From assembly GCA_032718475.1 (NCBI GenBank), contig JAUCBJ010004188.1:1-64000 (forward strand): 64,000 nucleotides of DNA, in the 5' to 3' direction. Source of the stretch: Nemertoderma westbladi. Its lineage: Eukaryota; Animalia; Xenacoelomorpha. Below, piece after piece: positions 61,001 to 64,000 of this stretch (its first letter is position 1; the number at the start of each line of letters is the position of its first letter). Under the pieces are notes generated by a model that saw only the letters and a list, made by a program, of their open reading frames with translations, made no database searches and had not been told where the DNA came from. A program made the translations under genes and the position numbers.

Positions 61001-64000
61001 CAACAACAACCTTCGGTTCTATAGAGGGCGTTGACTTCGGTTCTATAGAGGGCGTCGACTTCGGTTCTATAGAGGGCGTCGACTTCGGTTCTATAGAGGG
61101 CGTCGACTTCGGTTCTATAGAGGGCGTCGACTTCGGTTCTATAGAGGGCGTCGACTTCGGTTCTATAGAGGGCGTCGAGTTCGGTTCTATAGAGAGCGTC
61201 AACTTCGGTTCTATAGAGGGCGTCAACAACAACCTTCGGTTCTATAGAGGGCGTCAACTTCGGTTCTATAGAGGGCGTCGACTTCGGTTCTATAGAGGGC
61301 GTCAACTTCGGTTCTATAGAGGGCGTCGACTTCGGTTCTATAGAGGGCATCGACTTCGGTTCTATAGAGGGCGTCGACTTCGGTTCTATAGAGGGCGTCG
61401 ACTTCGGTTCTATAGAGGGCGTCGACTTCGGTTCTATAGAGGGCGTCGACTTCGGTTCTATAAAGGGCGTCGACTTCGGTTCTATAGAGGGCGTCGACTT
61501 CGGTTCTATAGAGGGCGTCGACTTCGGTTCTATAGAGGGCGTCGTCTTCGGTTCTATAGAGGGCGTCGACTTCGGTTCTATAGAGGGCGTCGACTTCGGT
61601 TCTATAGAGGGCGTCGACTTCGGTTCTATAGAGGGCGTCGACTTCGGTTCTATAGAGGGCGTCGACTTCGGTTCTATAGAGGGCGTCGACTTCGGTTCTA
61701 TAGAGGGCGTCGACTTCGGTTCTATAGAGGGCGTCGACTTCGGTTCTATAGAGGGCGTCGAATTCGGTTCTATAGAGGGCGTCGACTTCGGTTCTATAGG
61801 GGACGTTAACAACAACCTTCGGTTCTATAGAGGGCGTTGACTTCGGTTCTATAGAGGGCGTCGACTTCGGTTCTATAGAGGGCGTCGACTTCGGTTCTAT
61901 AGAGGGCGTCGACTTCGGTTCTATAGAGGACGTTAACAACAACCTTCGGTTCTATAGAGGGCTTCGACTTCGGTTCTATAGAGGGCGTCAACAACAACCT
62001 TCGGTTCTATAGAGGGCGTCGACTTCGGTTCTATAGAGGGCGTCGACTTCGGTTCTATAGAGGGCGTCGACTTCGGTTCTATAGAGGGCGTCGACTTCGG
62101 TTCTATAGAGGGCGTCGACTTCGGTTCTATAGAGGGCGTCGACTTCGGTTCTATAGAGGGCGTCGACTTCGGTTCTATAGAGGGCGTCGACTTCGGTTCA
62201 ATAGAGGGCGTCGACTTCGGTTCTATAGAGGGCGTCGACTTCGGTTCTATAGAGGGCGTCGACTTCGGTTCTATAGAGGGCGTCGACTTCGGTTCTATAG
62301 AGGGCGTCGAGTTCGGTTCTATAGAGGGCGTCAACTTCGGTTCTATAGAGGGCGTCAACAACAACCTTCGGTTATATAGAGGGCGTCAACTTCGGTTCTA
62401 TAGATGGCGTCGACTTCGGTTCTATAGAGGGCGTCGACTTCGGTTCTATAGAGGGCGTCGACTTCGGTTCTATAGAGGGCATCGACTTCGGTTCTATAGA
62501 GGGCGTCGACTTCGGTTCTATAGAGGGCGTCGACTTCGGTTCTATAGAGGGCGTCGACTTCGGTTCTATAGAGGGCGTCGACTTCGGTTCTATAAAGGGC
62601 GTCGACTTCGGTTCTATAGAGGGCGTCGACTTCGGTTCTATAGAGGGCGTCGACTTCGGTTCTATAGAGGGCGTCGACTTCGGTTCTATAGAGGGCGTCG
62701 ACTTCGGTTCTATAGAGGGCGTCGACTTCGGTTCTATAGAGGGCGTCGACTTCGGTTCTATAGAGGGCGTCGACTTCGGTTCTATAGAGGGCGTCGACTT
62801 CGGTTCTATAGAGGGCGTCGACTTCGGTTCTATAGAGGGCGTCGACAACAACCTTCGGTTCTATAGAGGGCGTCGACTTCGGTTCTATAGAGGGCGTCGA
62901 CTTCGGTTCTATAGAGGGCGTCGACTTCGGTTCTATAGAGGGCGTAAACAACAACCTTCGGTTCTATAGAGGGCGTCGACTTCGGTTCTATAGAGGGCTT
63001 CGACTTCGGTTCTATAGAGGGCGTCAACTTCGGTTCTATAGAGGGCTTCGACTTCGGTTCTATAGAGGGCGTCAACTTCGGTTCTATAGTGGGCGTCAAC
63101 AACAACCTTCGGTTCTATAGAGGGCGTCGACTTCGGTTCTATAGAGGGCGTCAACTTCGGTTCTATAGAGGGCGTCGACTTCGGTTCTATAGAGGGCGTC
63201 GACTTCGGTTCTATAGAGGGCGTCGACTTCGGTTCTATAGAGGGCGTAAACAACAACCTTCGGTTCTATAGAGGGCTTCGACTTCGGTTCTATAGAGGGC
63301 GTCAACTTCGGTTCTATAGAGGGCGTCGACTTCGGTTCTATAGAGGGCGTCGACTTCGGTTCTATAGAGGGCGTCGACTTCGGTTCTATAGAGGGCGTCG
63401 ACTTCGGTTCTATAGAGGGCGTCAACAACAACAACCTTCGGTTCTATAGAGGGCGTCAACAACAACCTTCGGTTCTATAGAGGGCGTCAACAACAACCTT
63501 CGGTTCTATAGAGGGCTTCGACTTCGGTTCTATAGAGGGCGTCAACTTCGGTTCTATAGAGGGCGTCAACTTCGGTTCTATAGAGGGCTTCGACTTCGGT
63601 TCTATAGAGGGCGTCAACTTCGGTTATATAGAGGGCTTCGACTTCGGTTCTATAGAGGGCTTCGACTTCGGTTCTATAGAGGGCGTCAACTTCGGTTCTA
63701 TAGAGGGCGTCGACTTCGGTTCTATAGAGGGCTTCGACTTCGGTTCTATAGAGGGCGTCAACTTCGGTTCTATAGAGGGCGTCGAGTTCGGTTCTATAGA
63801 GGGCGTCGACTTCGGTTCTATAGAGGGCGTCGACTTCGGTTCTATAGAGGGCTTCGACTTCGGTTCTATAGAGGGCGTCGACTTCGGTTCTATAGAGGGC
63901 GTCGACTTCGGTTCTATAGAGGGCGTCAACTTCGGTTCTATAGAGGGCGTCGACTTCGGTTCTATAGAGGGCGTCGACTTCGGTTCTATAGAGGGCTTCG
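58021..64000. repeat. Satellite array 2, 24 bp unit ttcggttctatagagggcgtcgac with interspersed 31 bp variant (aacaacaacc)
   Basis: Highly homogeneous tandem units running to the window end. Confidence 0.97.

Noticed and set aside
58152-63929. [16 protein letters not shown] and RFYRGRRL repeat ORFs
   Set aside because: The 24 bp unit is open in several frames and is frameshifted by the 31 bp units; no gene context.
58021-64000. CRISPR-like appearance of short regular repeats
   Set aside because: No unique spacers, no cas genes, eukaryotic context.

Overview
Repeat-rich animal (probably marine invertebrate) genomic DNA. Two spliced host genes sit head-to-head about 1.2 kb apart. The minus-strand gene encodes a signal peptide, a Thr-rich stalk built from 27-45 nt micro-exons and an EGF-like domain (exons 16845 to 125). 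The plus-strand gene encodes a secreted CAP/SCP cysteine-rich protein (18014 to at least 40258). Their introns are packed with mobile DNA: at least three RTE-clade LINE families, several MITEs, L2/CR1-type 3' fragments, and a 16.2 kb BEL/Pao LTR retrotransposon (19812-36022, minus, AAATT target-site duplication). The BEL element carries an extra non-env 3' ORF and duplicated hairpin elements. A near-intact 7.2 kb two-ORF LINE (40588-47828) has an ORF1 with a repeat array and a Ulp1/C48 (SUMO-protease-like) domain. The last 16 kb are two satellite arrays (about 22-26 bp and 24/31 bp units). Best novelty candidates: the Ulp1-ORF1 LINE, the BEL accessory ORF with its structured repeats, a covarying pseudoknot at the 5' ends of two RTE families (candidate ribozyme), and micro-exon multiplication by tandem duplication. 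All calls come from reading the sequence by eye; no database searches were run.
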